From contig JAXGLU010000001.1 of the NCBI GenBank assembly GCA_040769065.1, forward strand, positions 1,991,218 through 2,055,217: 64,000 nt of DNA. The letters are read 5' to 3'. This DNA comes from Bacteroidales bacterium. GTDB taxonomy: Bacteria; Bacteroidota; Bacteroidia; Bacteroidales; VadinHA17. The notes under the pieces were generated by a model. That model did no database searches. It was not told the DNA's origin and saw nothing but the letters and a program-made list of their open reading frames with translations. Positions within the stretch are counted from its first letter, which is position 1, and each line of letters opens with the position of its first letter. Positions 20,059 to 28,881 of the stretch are shown here, piece by piece. Position numbers and translations under genes: made by a program.

Positions 20059-21132
20059 TCAGCCTTTTTTAAAATTCTTAATAGCACTCCTCACCTGGTT
20101 AACAGCTTCCATATGCCTGTCAAGGCATGGAGCAAGAGTCGGCCTCCATGGAGCGGTCATGAAACCCATAAGCCTCGACGGATCTATAACTTTTTTACAG
20201 TAATCCACCGTGGATCCGAAGTTGTCGGGGACAGAGTGGTTACTGCCTGTTGGCACCTGATCATATCCATGTTTCTCAAGGTCGTCGTATAATTTCACGT
20301 AGGTTTTCGCAGGTTCTTTAAGGGTATTGATATTGAAATCCGATCCATAGTACCAGTTGCTCTGAAGTACGGATTTCGGCATTTTTCTGAAAAACACATC
20401 GGGATTATGCCATGCATAGTCAGACCATACCCATGGACGTACTCCTCTTTTTTCCACTTCACCTATAAAGAAGTAGAGATCTCCCCACCAAAGATCCTTC
20501 TGCCGTACAACAACATAATCCTGTCTTTTCTGGTATGAGGCCAGCTCTTCGTCCATCCCGAGGTGGAAGAATCTCGGCCTTCCGAATAGCTCAATCACCT
20601 CCTCTATGAGATCGCGGCAAACACCGTAATAAATATCTGTTGATACCATCCTGGAATATTTCCCGAGCCAGATATCGTGAGTTGTTGCAAAGTTGAGCTT
20701 GGGAATCGGTTCCAGTCCCATTTTTCGCATCATCGAGAGTTCTGATTTCAGTTTTGAGGGCGACCATGCATTCGTTACTGCAATCTCCGGATGGCTTTCA
20801 TACCTGACGGCATCTCCAAGGTCGATAATCACCATGTTCATTCCGGCTGAGGCCATCTCCTGAAGAAGGGTCTGCCACAATACCTCATCAAATGTAAGAT
20901 CAGGCCGGTAGCCATGGGCCCATTCTCTGGCTTCCTGACATGTGCTGCAATTATAATTGTCATCCCTGTATTTCTCAGGCAGGTTATCTTCCCACATGTT
21001 ATAGCTCAGATGCAGAAGATTGGCCCATATCATTTTTCTTTCAGGTTCCTGCGGAATTATTAACGGTCGGGCAAAAGTTCCCACAATACCGGCAGCTGCC
21101 GCTTGTTTGATAAATGTTCTCCTGTTTGTCAT
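20059..21132 (-). CDS. Tat-exported putative glycoside hydrolase (GH20-like catalytic motif)
   Basis: Twin-arginine signal 'MTNRRTFIKQAAAAG'. 'IPKLNFATTHD...VIELFGRPRFFHLGMDEE' resembles the GH20 'H-x-G-x-D-E' region. This is tentative. Confidence 0.45.
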   Translation of the reverse strand: MTNRRTFIKQAAAAGIVGTFARPLIIPQEPERKMIWANLLHLSYNMWEDNLPEKYRDDNYNCSTCQEAREWAHGYRPDLTFDEVLWQTLLQEMASAGMNMVIIDLGDAVRYESHPEIAVTNAWSPSKLKSELSMMRKMGLEPIPKLNFATTHDIWLGKYSRMVSTDIYYGVCRDLIEEVIELFGRPRFFHLGMDEELASYQKRQDYVVVRQKDLWWGDLYFFIGEVEKRGVRPWVWSDYAWHNPDVFFRKMPKSVLQSNWYYGSDFNINTLKEPAKTYVKLYDDLEKHGYDQVPTGSNHSVPDNFGSTVDYCKKVIDPSRLMGFMTAPWRPTLAPCLDRHMEAVNQVRSAIKNFKKG

Positions 21133-21211
21133 ATTGTTTTATTATAAATAGGTTTTGTATTATAATTCTAAATTTTACAATTGTTTAATTTATTCTGCGA
21201 TTCTGCAATTT

Positions 21212-21502
21212 TCATCCGTATATAATTTATTTTAATGGTCGGATGGAACCGCACATGTTTGATAATTATATACATACGTGTTTGTGTATGTAATACATGA
21301 GGGTTTCATCCGTATATAATTTATTTTAATGGTCGGATGGAACCGCACATGTTTGATAATTATATACATAAGTGTTTGTGTATGCAATACATGTGGGTTT
21401 CATCATAATATAATTTTGATTTTTACGGTATGATGGAACCCACATGATTGAAAATCACATTCATTATATGTTTGCGTTTGAATTCAATCATGTGGGTTTC
21501 AT
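21212..21502 (+). repeat. Head-to-tail array of three IR95 units (21212-21305, 21306-21399, 21400-21502)
   Basis: Units 1 and 2 are near-identical, each 94 bp. Unit 3 is the 'ataatataattttgattttt...ggaacccacatgattgaa...ttcaatcatgtgggtttc' subtype. Each unit starts with TCATC, which is also the end of the preceding unit. Confidence 0.9.
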
Positions 21503-21618
21503 ATTAGTTGCCTGTGTACCCTAAGCCCGGTGCCTCATCCTTCAACATTTACAACCATTTTTTTGCAATTCCATATATCTATGAACTTCTTCCCCGGAAA
21601 TATTGAAATCCTGAATAT

Positions 21619-22989
21619 CTACTCCCAGAATGCATTTATAAGCCGTACCGTCTCATCTACCAGCTTGTATCCACCCTCAGGGCCAACAAAGTATTTATCA
21701 GCACTGTAACCTCCACCCTTAACTGCTCTTTCAGTAGGAAGATATCCGCTGTGATGGCACGAAAGCTGGACTATGAAAGTCAGGATTGCCTTGCTTCTGG
21801 ATTTCATAAGCAGGCCGTAATCGGAAAAAAGCTCAAAGGGATTGGTGGCAATTGCAATATCACCAAGCCTTATTATATGTAATTCCGCCGGCGTAACGCT
21901 GTCGACCATATAGAAAGGCAGGTTTGCCGGTCCCATGCTGGGCAGGTTGATCTTTGCCACCAAATGCCTGAAAACAGTTCTTTCCGAAATGCCGGTTTTG
22001 GAATAAGGGAAAACATCTTCGACAGCCTGCAGCATTCTGTCAGCCAGTTCCTGTCGCGCCGATATCCCTTTTCTCTCCAGCATGGCCTTCGTTGCCCTTC
22101 TGTAAATATACTCATGACTGGCAGGGGTTATATCGCCTGCAGCTCCAATCTGGAAAAATACAAAAACATCCTCACCGAATTTTTTCCTGAAGTTTTCCCT
22201 TGCCTCGTTGTAGAAGTCAGCTGAAATAAAATTGGTGTTGTCAGTTACCTGGGCGGTAGCAACTGAATTAACAACCATTCCGGTAAGATTTTTATCGACA
22301 TCAAAGAAAAAGAGCATCTGAACCATTTCATCGTCAATGCTTTCATAGTGGAGAAAATCTGGGTCGCCAACTCCGTACATCTTTGCACTGCCATCGGTTT
22401 TTACTGTTCTGCGGTTATGCCCCAGTAATGCATTTCCCAGGCCCCAGCTGTAAGCGCCGGGTTTTCTTCCTTCCCAGGCACTGACAACGGCATCAGTTAC
22501 CCTCTCCAGAAAAAATATCTCATATTCCGAGGGTTTCATTACTCCTTTATCATTGCTTGTATCATACAATCCATAATACTCATCGTCAATGAATCCGGGT
22601 GATGTATGCGAATGAAGGGCGTTAATGAAGAGCTTTGAAGGATCAAAATCGGTAAGCTTAAAAGCAATGGCATCCTGAAGTTTCTTCTGGGTCTGAGCTC
22701 TTACAAACAGGATATCGCAGGATATCATTATCGCCTGTTCCCTGCTTCCATCCTGCGCCCTGGTTTCCAAAGCCAGTACGGTTGCAGTCAGAGGGTCCTG
22801 AACCGCTTCGGAGATTCGCTTATGCAACTGTCCTACCAGGGCTACCGGCCTGTCGGGTGTTATATCAGCACCAGCCCATCCGACATAAAGCTGACCTTCA
22901 CCGGCAAAAAGATCCTGACTTATAATAATTGTAATGGTCAGAAAAAGGATCTGCCTGAAACTCGTATGTGTTATTTTTTTTGTGTCCAT
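21619..22989 (-). CDS. Secreted neutral/alkaline ceramidase-like hydrolase (N-terminal domain type)
   Basis: 'GWAGADITPDRPVALVGQ' and 'DPLTATVLALE' resemble the start of the neutral ceramidase fold. Signal peptide present. Tentative. Confidence 0.45.
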   Translation of the reverse strand: MDTKKITHTSFRQILFLTITIIISQDLFAGEGQLYVGWAGADITPDRPVALVGQLHKRISEAVQDPLTATVLALETRAQDGSREQAIMISCDILFVRAQTQKKLQDAIAFKLTDFDPSKLFINALHSHTSPGFIDDEYYGLYDTSNDKGVMKPSEYEIFFLERVTDAVVSAWEGRKPGAYSWGLGNALLGHNRRTVKTDGSAKMYGVGDPDFLHYESIDDEMVQMLFFFDVDKNLTGMVVNSVATAQVTDNTNFISADFYNEARENFRKKFGEDVFVFFQIGAAGDITPASHEYIYRRATKAMLERKGISARQELADRMLQAVEDVFPYSKTGISERTVFRHLVAKINLPSMGPANLPFYMVDSVTPAELHIIRLGDIAIATNPFELFSDYGLLMKSRSKAILTFIVQLSCHHSGYLPTERAVKGGGYSADKYFVGPEGGYKLVDETVRLINAFWE

Positions 22990-23134
22990 TGTTTATTCTG
23001 TTAGTGCTGTAATTGCTGTTCATTTACATGACAATGATCCATAACTTTCCCGGCATCTGCATATTATTCCCGCCTTCACTCTTAAAGTATATCAGGACGG
23101 TTCTTGTTTATCTCGACAATGTCTGCCGGTTTTT

Positions 23135-23233
23135 TCACACGTATATAATTTATTTTAATGGTCGGATGGAACCGCACATGTTTGATAATTATATGCATAA
23201 GTATTTGTGTATGAAATACATATGGGTTTCATC
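23135..23233 (+). repeat. IR95 repeat, forward
   Basis: 'tcacacgtatataatttattttaatggtcggatggaaccgcacatgtttgataattatatgcataagtatttgtgtatgaaatacatatgggtttcatc'. Confidence 0.85.
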
Positions 23234-23370
23234 AATTATACATAATAAATGGATCAGGTAAAAGAATTACATATTTCCAAAAACTTTTTTTTCATCATTT
23301 GTTCATCTTCGCGGGTTTATTTTTGATCCGTACTAATTTATTAATAATGCAAACAATAAACTCAAATAAG

Positions 23371-23856
23371 ATGAAAAGAACAGTTTTAATTACGGTTGCT
23401 GCGCTTTTAATAAGCGCAGGCCTTACAGCACAGAGTTCTGTTCAGAATCAGAACCAGAATGGTACTCAGAGTCAGACACAGGAGCAAACCGGTATTCAGA
23501 CACAGACACAACAGCAGACAGGGACTCAGAACCAGAACCAGACCCAGTCGCAGACTCAGGCAGGCACACAGCTACAGAATCGGGGTCAGAATCAGACCGG
23601 GGCAGAAAGTCAGGACCGGATAAGGGAGCAAACCAGGCTGCATGATGGCACCGGAACGGGCGATATGGTTCGCAAGCGTGACCAGACACGCCTTCAGGAT
23701 CCTGCAGGACCGGCTGCGCAAACCGGAGCGCAAAAGGCAACAAGGGCCATGAACAACACCCAGGCCCGCAGGATTCAGGCAAATGACGGCACACGTAATG
23801 CTACGATGCACAGAAATATGAAAATGTCGAACATGGCAGGAGCCAAAAGAAGATAA
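23371..23856 (+). CDS. Secreted Gln/Thr-rich low-complexity protein
   Basis: Start moved to 'MKRTVLITVAALLISAGLTAQ' (ATG 23371). The sequence runs '(Q/T/N)n...QNQNQNGTQSQTQEQTGIQTQTQQQTGTQNQNQTQSQTQ' and has a basic C-terminus. Confidence 0.55.
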   Translation: MKRTVLITVAALLISAGLTAQSSVQNQNQNGTQSQTQEQTGIQTQTQQQTGTQNQNQTQSQTQAGTQLQNRGQNQTGAESQDRIREQTRLHDGTGTGDMVRKRDQTRLQDPAGPAAQTGAQKATRAMNNTQARRIQANDGTRNATMHRNMKMSNMAGAKRR

Positions 23857-23893
23857 GAGAACAAGAAGTCTGACATTCATCTTTGTAAAACTA

Positions 23894-23927
23894 AAACCCC
23901 GGTAAAAAATCGGGGTTTCGTTTTTTT
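23894..23927 (+). terminator. Rho-independent terminator
   Basis: 'aaaccccg-gtaaaaaat-cggggttt' stem-loop followed by a T7 run. Confidence 0.75.
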
Positions 23928-24025
23928 AGCTACTGCCTTGAAATGTTAATTAATCCAACGGGGAAGTTACATCTGCCGTAATCATAATAACTTCAACCGG
24001 CAATCCAAATGTACTGATTGATTCC

Positions 24026-24179
24026 TGAAAATAAATTATATTTGAAAGTTCCATCAGACCATTGAAATAAAATATACTGTGAAACCCACATGATTGAATT
24101 CAAACGCAAACACGCAATGAATACAATTTTCAATCATGTGTGGTTCCATCCGACCTTTAAAATCAAAATTATATTATGA
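24026..24179 (-). repeat. IR95, one full reverse copy (24079-24179) preceded by two truncated tail fragments (24026-24045, 24048-24078)
   Basis: Full copy: 'gtgaaacccacatgattgaattcaaacgcaaacacgcaatgaatacaattttcaatcatgtgtggttccatccgacctttaaaatcaaaattatattatga'. Fragments: 'gttccatcagaccattgaaataaaatatact' and 'aaaataaattatat'. Confidence 0.8.
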
Positions 24180-25513
24180 TAAAAAGAAATTTACTTACTT
24201 GTGCCGGAATTTTACTTATCTGTTCGTGCTGCAACAGGAACAGCCACATAGGCGAAACAACAGTAACAAAATGGCAAGACGGAAAAAAAGGAGCGGTATC
24301 CCTGACCTATGATGACGGAACGATAAACCAGTTCCTTAAAGCTCTCCCAATAATGAACGAGCTTGGTTTTCCGGCAACATTTTTCATCAATACAGGTGTG
24401 ATAAAAGGCTCAAAACACAAGGGAACTTTTATCGGAAGGCCTGTAAATAATATCATAAAAGAAACGGCTAATGTGCCGACAAACAGTGAAAACTTCTATG
24501 AGAGGGCATCAGCAGCAAGATATCTCGGCCTGAGAGGGACAGGCGAATATCATACAAATGCCGGTGCACAGATCGATGAAGGCAATCCTGAAGAAGCTTA
24601 CAGGATAATGGACGAACTCTATGAAAAGGTCAGGAAAGGAGAATTTGCTCCAGCCAGAAAAAGTGGAAATGACAGCGAAAATGAAGGAGTAGTATCCTGG
24701 GATGACATCAGATCATTCGCAGCACAGGGACACGAATTTGCAAGTCACATGGTGACACATCCGCGGCTGGCAGCCCTTGACGAAGCCAACATACTTTATG
24801 AACTTGAGAAAAGCCGCGAGGAGATTCTGAATCAGCTTGGACCTGAACATACTTTTTCAGCTGAGGTTCCTTATGGAACCGAAAATGACCGGGCCATGGA
24901 ATACTCATACAAAGTATATCCTGCTCTCAGGAACAGGATGCCTGAAGATTTCCTTAAGGAACTTAACAGGGCAAGCAGAGAGGATCCGGTATCTGCCGAT
25001 AAAGAGTACGTCCAATGGCAGCGCGGAGCCACAACAAAAACCCCCATGCCTCTTATGAAATCATGGATCGACACAACAGCATCTCATGATAACATCTGGC
25101 TTGTACTTGTTTTCCACGGCATTGACGGAATAGGCTGGGAAGCCCTTACCAGCGAGGCAATTGAAGATTATTTCAGATACATAAAGGATAAAGAGGAAGT
25201 TCTATGGGTGGCAACATTCGGTGATGCAGCGAAATACATGCGCGAAAGAATGAATTCAACCGTCAGCTCAGAGAATAAAAAAGGAAGCATCAAAGTGAAT
25301 TTAAGCCATTCTCTTGATACATCCATGTACAATTTACCACTTACACTAAAGACATATGTCCCCTCAAAATGGCAGAAAGTGATTGTAAAACAGGGTGATA
25401 ATATCACCACGACACTTCCGCTGAAGGATTCAAACGGCTGTTTTGTCCTTTACCGGGCAGAACCCAACTCAGCTGTGACAGAACTGTTGCGCGACCAGAC
25501 TGACCAGGTATAA
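24176..25513 (+). CDS. Polysaccharide deacetylase (CE4) family lipoprotein
   Basis: 'GAVSLTYDDGTINQF' and 'FPATFFINTG' (NodB motifs 1-2), 'HEFASHMVTHP' (motif 3), and lipobox 'LLICSC'. The ATG lies in the terminal ATGA of the IR95 copy. Confidence 0.8.
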   Translation: MIKRNLLTCAGILLICSCCNRNSHIGETTVTKWQDGKKGAVSLTYDDGTINQFLKALPIMNELGFPATFFINTGVIKGSKHKGTFIGRPVNNIIKETANVPTNSENFYERASAARYLGLRGTGEYHTNAGAQIDEGNPEEAYRIMDELYEKVRKGEFAPARKSGNDSENEGVVSWDDIRSFAAQGHEFASHMVTHPRLAALDEANILYELEKSREEILNQLGPEHTFSAEVPYGTENDRAMEYSYKVYPALRNRMPEDFLKELNRASREDPVSADKEYVQWQRGATTKTPMPLMKSWIDTTASHDNIWLVLVFHGIDGIGWEALTSEAIEDYFRYIKDKEEVLWVATFGDAAKYMRERMNSTVSSENKKGSIKVNLSHSLDTSMYNLPLTLKTYVPSKWQKVIVKQGDNITTTLPLKDSNGCFVLYRAEPNSAVTELLRDQTDQV

Positions 25514-25579
25514 TAATTTACCTTCTTTAAACGCTGAAATCCCTGATCGCTTCGTCGGCGGTTCAAATATTCTTTTTAA

Positions 25580-25960
25580 TTATTCAGAGGTTTTAAGAAG
25601 AATATCCTTAATTGCTTTTTCGAAAGTGTGCTTTGGAAGGGCTCCTTTTGCAGCCTGAGGCTGGCCATCCTTTGGAATGAATAGAATGGTAGGGATGCTC
25701 TGTATGCCGAATACAGCTGCAAGTTCCTGTTCAACCTCAGTATTCACCTTGTAAATTACAATCTTTCCGGAATATTCTTTTGCCAGTTCATCAAGAACAG
25801 GAGCTACCATTTTGCACGGCATGCACCAGTCAGCATAAAAATCAACTATTGCAGGCAAAGAACCTTCATATTTCCATTCCTTGTTTGTCTCATAATTGAA
25901 GATCTTTTCCTTGAACTCCTGGGTAGTAAGATGTACAACCTGATTTATATCTGTTTCCAT
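25580..25960 (-). CDS. Thioredoxin (cytoplasmic, N-terminally extended)
   Basis: Active site 'DFYADWCMPCKMVAP'. Confidence 0.9.
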   Translation of the reverse strand: METDINQVVHLTTQEFKEKIFNYETNKEWKYEGSLPAIVDFYADWCMPCKMVAPVLDELAKEYSGKIVIYKVNTEVEQELAAVFGIQSIPTILFIPKDGQPQAAKGALPKHTFEKAIKDILLKTSE

Positions 25961-26001
25961 GATATTTTCTGTTTTTTATTATATGTGTTTTAAATGTGCT
26001 G

Positions 26002-26042
26002 CAAAGATAAAAACAATTTATTTAAATCGCAATAGCATCACT
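26002..26042 (-). promoter_or_regulatory. Putative promoter: -7 box TATCTTTG (26002-26009) plus conserved 20-mer over the -33 region (26023-26042)
   Basis: The minus strand reads AGTGATGCTATTGCGATTTA-N13-TATCTTTG, 42 nt upstream of ATG 25960. The same 20-mer recurs at 26961-26980. Confidence 0.5.
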
Positions 26043-26092
26043 CATTAATTGGTCTGAAATACATGTCCTATTCAATCTCAACAACGAATGCT

Positions 26093-26560
26093 TTATTTAA
26101 CCATAAGCACATCATTTATTGCCTGAACCAGGCTCTCTTTGGGCAGTGCTCCCACAGCCACCTGCGGTTTCCCTTTGGCTGGTATAAAAAGCAAAGTAGG
26201 CAGTCCCGTTATTCCAAGATTCCGTGCCAGAATATCTTCTTTTACTGTATCAACCTTGTATACAATAATTTTCCCTGAATATTCCCTGGCAAGTTCTTCC
26301 ACCACTGGCGACAGCTGGCGGCATGGAGCACACCAGTCAGCATAAAAGTCAATTATCGCAGGCAAAGAACCTTCATATTTCCATTCCTTGTTTGTCTCAT
26401 AATTGAAGACCTGTTTCTTAAAGCTGGCATCCGTAAGATAAATTACAGAGCCGGTGGCAACCGGCTTATCAGAGTTATCTGAATGATTTTCTGCCCTGCA
26501 TTCAACTGCCATCAGTGTGAAAGCAGCTGCAACAAATGATAAAAGCATAATATTCTTCAT
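26093..26560 (-). CDS. Thioredoxin, exported (signal peptide)
   Basis: Active site 'DFYADWCAPCRQLSP'. N-terminal signal 'MKNIMLLSFVAAAFTLMAVEC'. Confidence 0.9.
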   Translation of the reverse strand: MKNIMLLSFVAAAFTLMAVECRAENHSDNSDKPVATGSVIYLTDASFKKQVFNYETNKEWKYEGSLPAIIDFYADWCAPCRQLSPVVEELAREYSGKIIVYKVDTVKEDILARNLGITGLPTLLFIPAKGKPQVAVGALPKESLVQAINDVLMVK

Positions 26561-26567
26561 GTTTGTC

Positions 26568-26912
26568 TTATTTTTTGTTTTCGTTATCAGCTTTTTTGGA
26601 TTCCGGGCTTAAAGAGCCAAAAAGAAGAAATCCCAGGATACTTCCGGCAATGATACTTCCGAACGGATTGCTGGTAATAGGGCATGTTCCTGATTTGCAT
26701 CCTACAAAGTAATAATAAATAAAACCTCCGGCTCCTCCTATAAAGACGGATAAAAGCGGTACCAGAAATTTGCCACGTTTGAGCAAACCTCCAATAAAGC
26801 AAGTTCTTTTGCCATGTTTTAATTCCTGAGTGAATAAACCTGAAGCCTGCTTCGCAGAGTCATCGGTACGGGTTTCATTTTTTGCTTCCTTTCTTCCTTC
26901 TGAGTTACTCAT
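26568..26912 (-). CDS. Small membrane protein with 'VGCKSGTCP' motif, co-directional with the exported thioredoxin
   Basis: 114-aa ORF with two TM segments, ending 8 nt upstream of the thioredoxin start. Function unknown. Confidence 0.5.
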   Translation of the reverse strand: MSNSEGRKEAKNETRTDDSAKQASGLFTQELKHGKRTCFIGGLLKRGKFLVPLLSVFIGGAGGFIYYYFVGCKSGTCPITSNPFGSIIAGSILGFLLFGSLSPESKKADNENKK

Positions 26913-26937
26913 AGTTCTTTTTCTAAAATTAACGGTG

Positions 26938-26980
26938 CAAATGTATTAAAATACTTTTGATAAATCGCAATAGTATCACT
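26938..26980 (-). promoter_or_regulatory. Putative promoter: -7 box TACATTTG (26938-26945) plus the same conserved 20-mer (26961-26980)
   Basis: The minus strand reads AGTGATACTATTGCGATTTA-N15-TACATTTG, 26 nt upstream of ATG 26912. Confidence 0.5.
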
Positions 26981-27035
26981 TAAATCTTTTTGATATCACT
27001 ATTTTTTTTATTTTTGCAGTGTGAATACATCTGTC

Positions 27036-27473
27036 ATGAAACCTCTTTTTAATAAAGAAATATCTGAAGCACAACTGGATGAGCTGTTTAACAATGATGA
27101 TAAATGTTTTGAATTCCTGGCCGATCTTAAATGGGAAGACGGATTTACATGTCGTAAATGCGGGAATACCAATTCCTGTCCGGGCAAATCGCCGCATTCC
27201 AGGAGGTGTACAAAATGCAAAACCGAAGAATCTGCAACTTCCGGAACCATATTCCATAATTGCAAATTTCCCGTAAGCAAGGCATTTTATATTGCCTACA
27301 CTGTTTGCAAAAAAAAAGAGGATATTTCGACTTATGAATATGCCCGCAGATTATCCCTGCGACAAATGACATGCTGGAAATTCAAGACAAAAATCAAACA
27401 AGCCCTTGAGGAGATTGACACGTTAAGCGATAAAGAGAAGCTTGCAATAGAAAAGATTCTCTCAAACCGCTAA
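27036..27473 (+). CDS. Stand-alone IS1595-type transposase zinc-ribbon domain protein (no DDE domain)
   Basis: 'CFEFLADLKWEDGFTCRKCGNTNSCPGKSPHSRRCTKCKTEESATSGTIFHNCKFPVSKAF' matches the IS1595 N-terminal Zn-ribbon pattern. The start was moved to ATG 27036. A TATTTTTG -7 box lies at 27009-27016. Confidence 0.6.
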   Translation: MKPLFNKEISEAQLDELFNNDDKCFEFLADLKWEDGFTCRKCGNTNSCPGKSPHSRRCTKCKTEESATSGTIFHNCKFPVSKAFYIAYTVCKKKEDISTYEYARRLSLRQMTCWKFKTKIKQALEEIDTLSDKEKLAIEKILSNR

Positions 27474-27541
27474 CCACTCCTTCCATACTGCCTGCTGTTA
27501 TATTATTAACAGCACTTATAACCGGCTTGAAGGTAAATTTC

Positions 27542-28864
27542 TCATGAATTCTCAGGGAACCTGAAGGAAAATATTGTCCCTTTGCCGGTTTCTGATGTGC
27601 AAGTGATAACTATATCATGAAAATCTGCTATCGTTTTTGCTATGGCCAGGCCTATTCCGGTGCCTTCTTCATCGTTGCCTTCCCTGCTTTTAAACCTTGA
27701 AAAAAGGTTTGCCTTCCGGGATTCTGGAATGCCCCTGCCGGTATCAGCTATATCCAGGGTATAAAAGCCATCGCGATACTCTCCCTTAATTCTCACGGAT
27801 CCCCCGGATGAGGTATTCTTAAGAGAATTGTTCAGTATGTTGTAGAACATTGAAAATACAAGAGACCTGTTGGCCCCGATCAGATTATGTTCGTGCCCGG
27901 AGACGATGGTTATTTTAACACCCTTGTCCTCAGCCACGGGTTTCTGCTCGATTATAATTTCATTCAGGACATCATGAACAGAAAAGTTATCTTCCCTCAG
28001 GTACTGGTGGCTTTCAATGCGCGCAATAAACAACAGGGAGTTCACCAAAGTCTGGAGCCTGTGCAGGGTCTTCAGTGAGTCCTCTATACGAGCCGAAATA
28101 TCATCATCAATACGCGGATCAAGGAGAAGGTTCTCAAGCTTGCTTCTCAGAACAGAAATAGGAGTCATCAGCTCATGCGATATATTGACAGTGATTTCCT
28201 TCTCTTTCTGAAACAGTTCTCCAATATGTTCCATCAGGTCGATGAGCGCTTTGTCGAGGCTCAGAAAATCCGCGGTGGTGGTTCTTACAGGTATTTTATC
28301 AAAGCCCGAAGGATCCGAGATTTTTTTCAGCTTACGTGTGATTTTTTCAAGCGGACGAAGCAGAATGCTCGTGTACCGCAGGTCGGTGAGCAGGGTAAGG
28401 ACAATTATTATTCCAAGAAATGCAAGAATCACTTTCGTGATATTCCTGCGTGCATCACGGATGCTTGCAAGGCTTTTTCCGATTTCCAGCAGATACATCT
28501 TCCCGTCGACCAGAAATGAATAATTAAGCACACGGTAGTCAATCTCCTCATCCTCAATAAGGCGGCGCGCTATTTCGATATGGTTCAGGTATTCCTCTGT
28601 TCCGGTCCTTTCCAGGCTTATAAATTCTTCCTTCAGTATATTATAGCTGCCAAAGGTATCAGTGGAATCTGAAGTTATAAAAGGTTCTATACCCACGTTG
28701 GCAATAAGCCCTATGACCTGTTCCCTTTTTTGGATAAGATTATTATCAACCTGGCGGAGGTTAATACGCTCAATAATAAATGGAAGGAACAGGAGAAACA
28801 ATGCGGTGAATGCCAGCTTTGAAAGCAGGTTAAAAAGTGCCAGCTTAGTCTTGAGTCTGATCAT
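27542..28864 (-). CDS. Sensor histidine kinase (two TM, HisKA + HATPase_c)
   Basis: H-box 'SHELMTPISVLRS', N-box 'NILNNSLKNT' and G-box 'GTGIGLAIAKTIA'. Confidence 0.9.
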   Translation of the reverse strand: MIRLKTKLALFNLLSKLAFTALFLLFLPFIIERINLRQVDNNLIQKREQVIGLIANVGIEPFITSDSTDTFGSYNILKEEFISLERTGTEEYLNHIEIARRLIEDEEIDYRVLNYSFLVDGKMYLLEIGKSLASIRDARRNITKVILAFLGIIIVLTLLTDLRYTSILLRPLEKITRKLKKISDPSGFDKIPVRTTTADFLSLDKALIDLMEHIGELFQKEKEITVNISHELMTPISVLRSKLENLLLDPRIDDDISARIEDSLKTLHRLQTLVNSLLFIARIESHQYLREDNFSVHDVLNEIIIEQKPVAEDKGVKITIVSGHEHNLIGANRSLVFSMFYNILNNSLKNTSSGGSVRIKGEYRDGFYTLDIADTGRGIPESRKANLFSRFKSREGNDEEGTGIGLAIAKTIADFHDIVITCTSETGKGTIFSFRFPENS

Positions 28865-28881
28865 TCAGTGAGAAAATGAAG

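Noticed and set aside
19890-20087. 65-aa ORF overlapping the 3' end of the GH20-like gene, and the 61-aa ORF at 19608-19793
   Set aside because: No recognisable motif. The first overlaps a well-supported gene, and both are near the length expected by chance in AT-rich intergenic DNA. They are left unannotated.
21212-21502. Could the regularly spaced ~95-bp repeats (also at 60653-60870) be a CRISPR array?
   Set aside because: Units abut directly with no unique spacers between them. The unit length of ~95 bp is far above CRISPR repeat size. No cas genes are in the window. Single copies are scattered at many loci.
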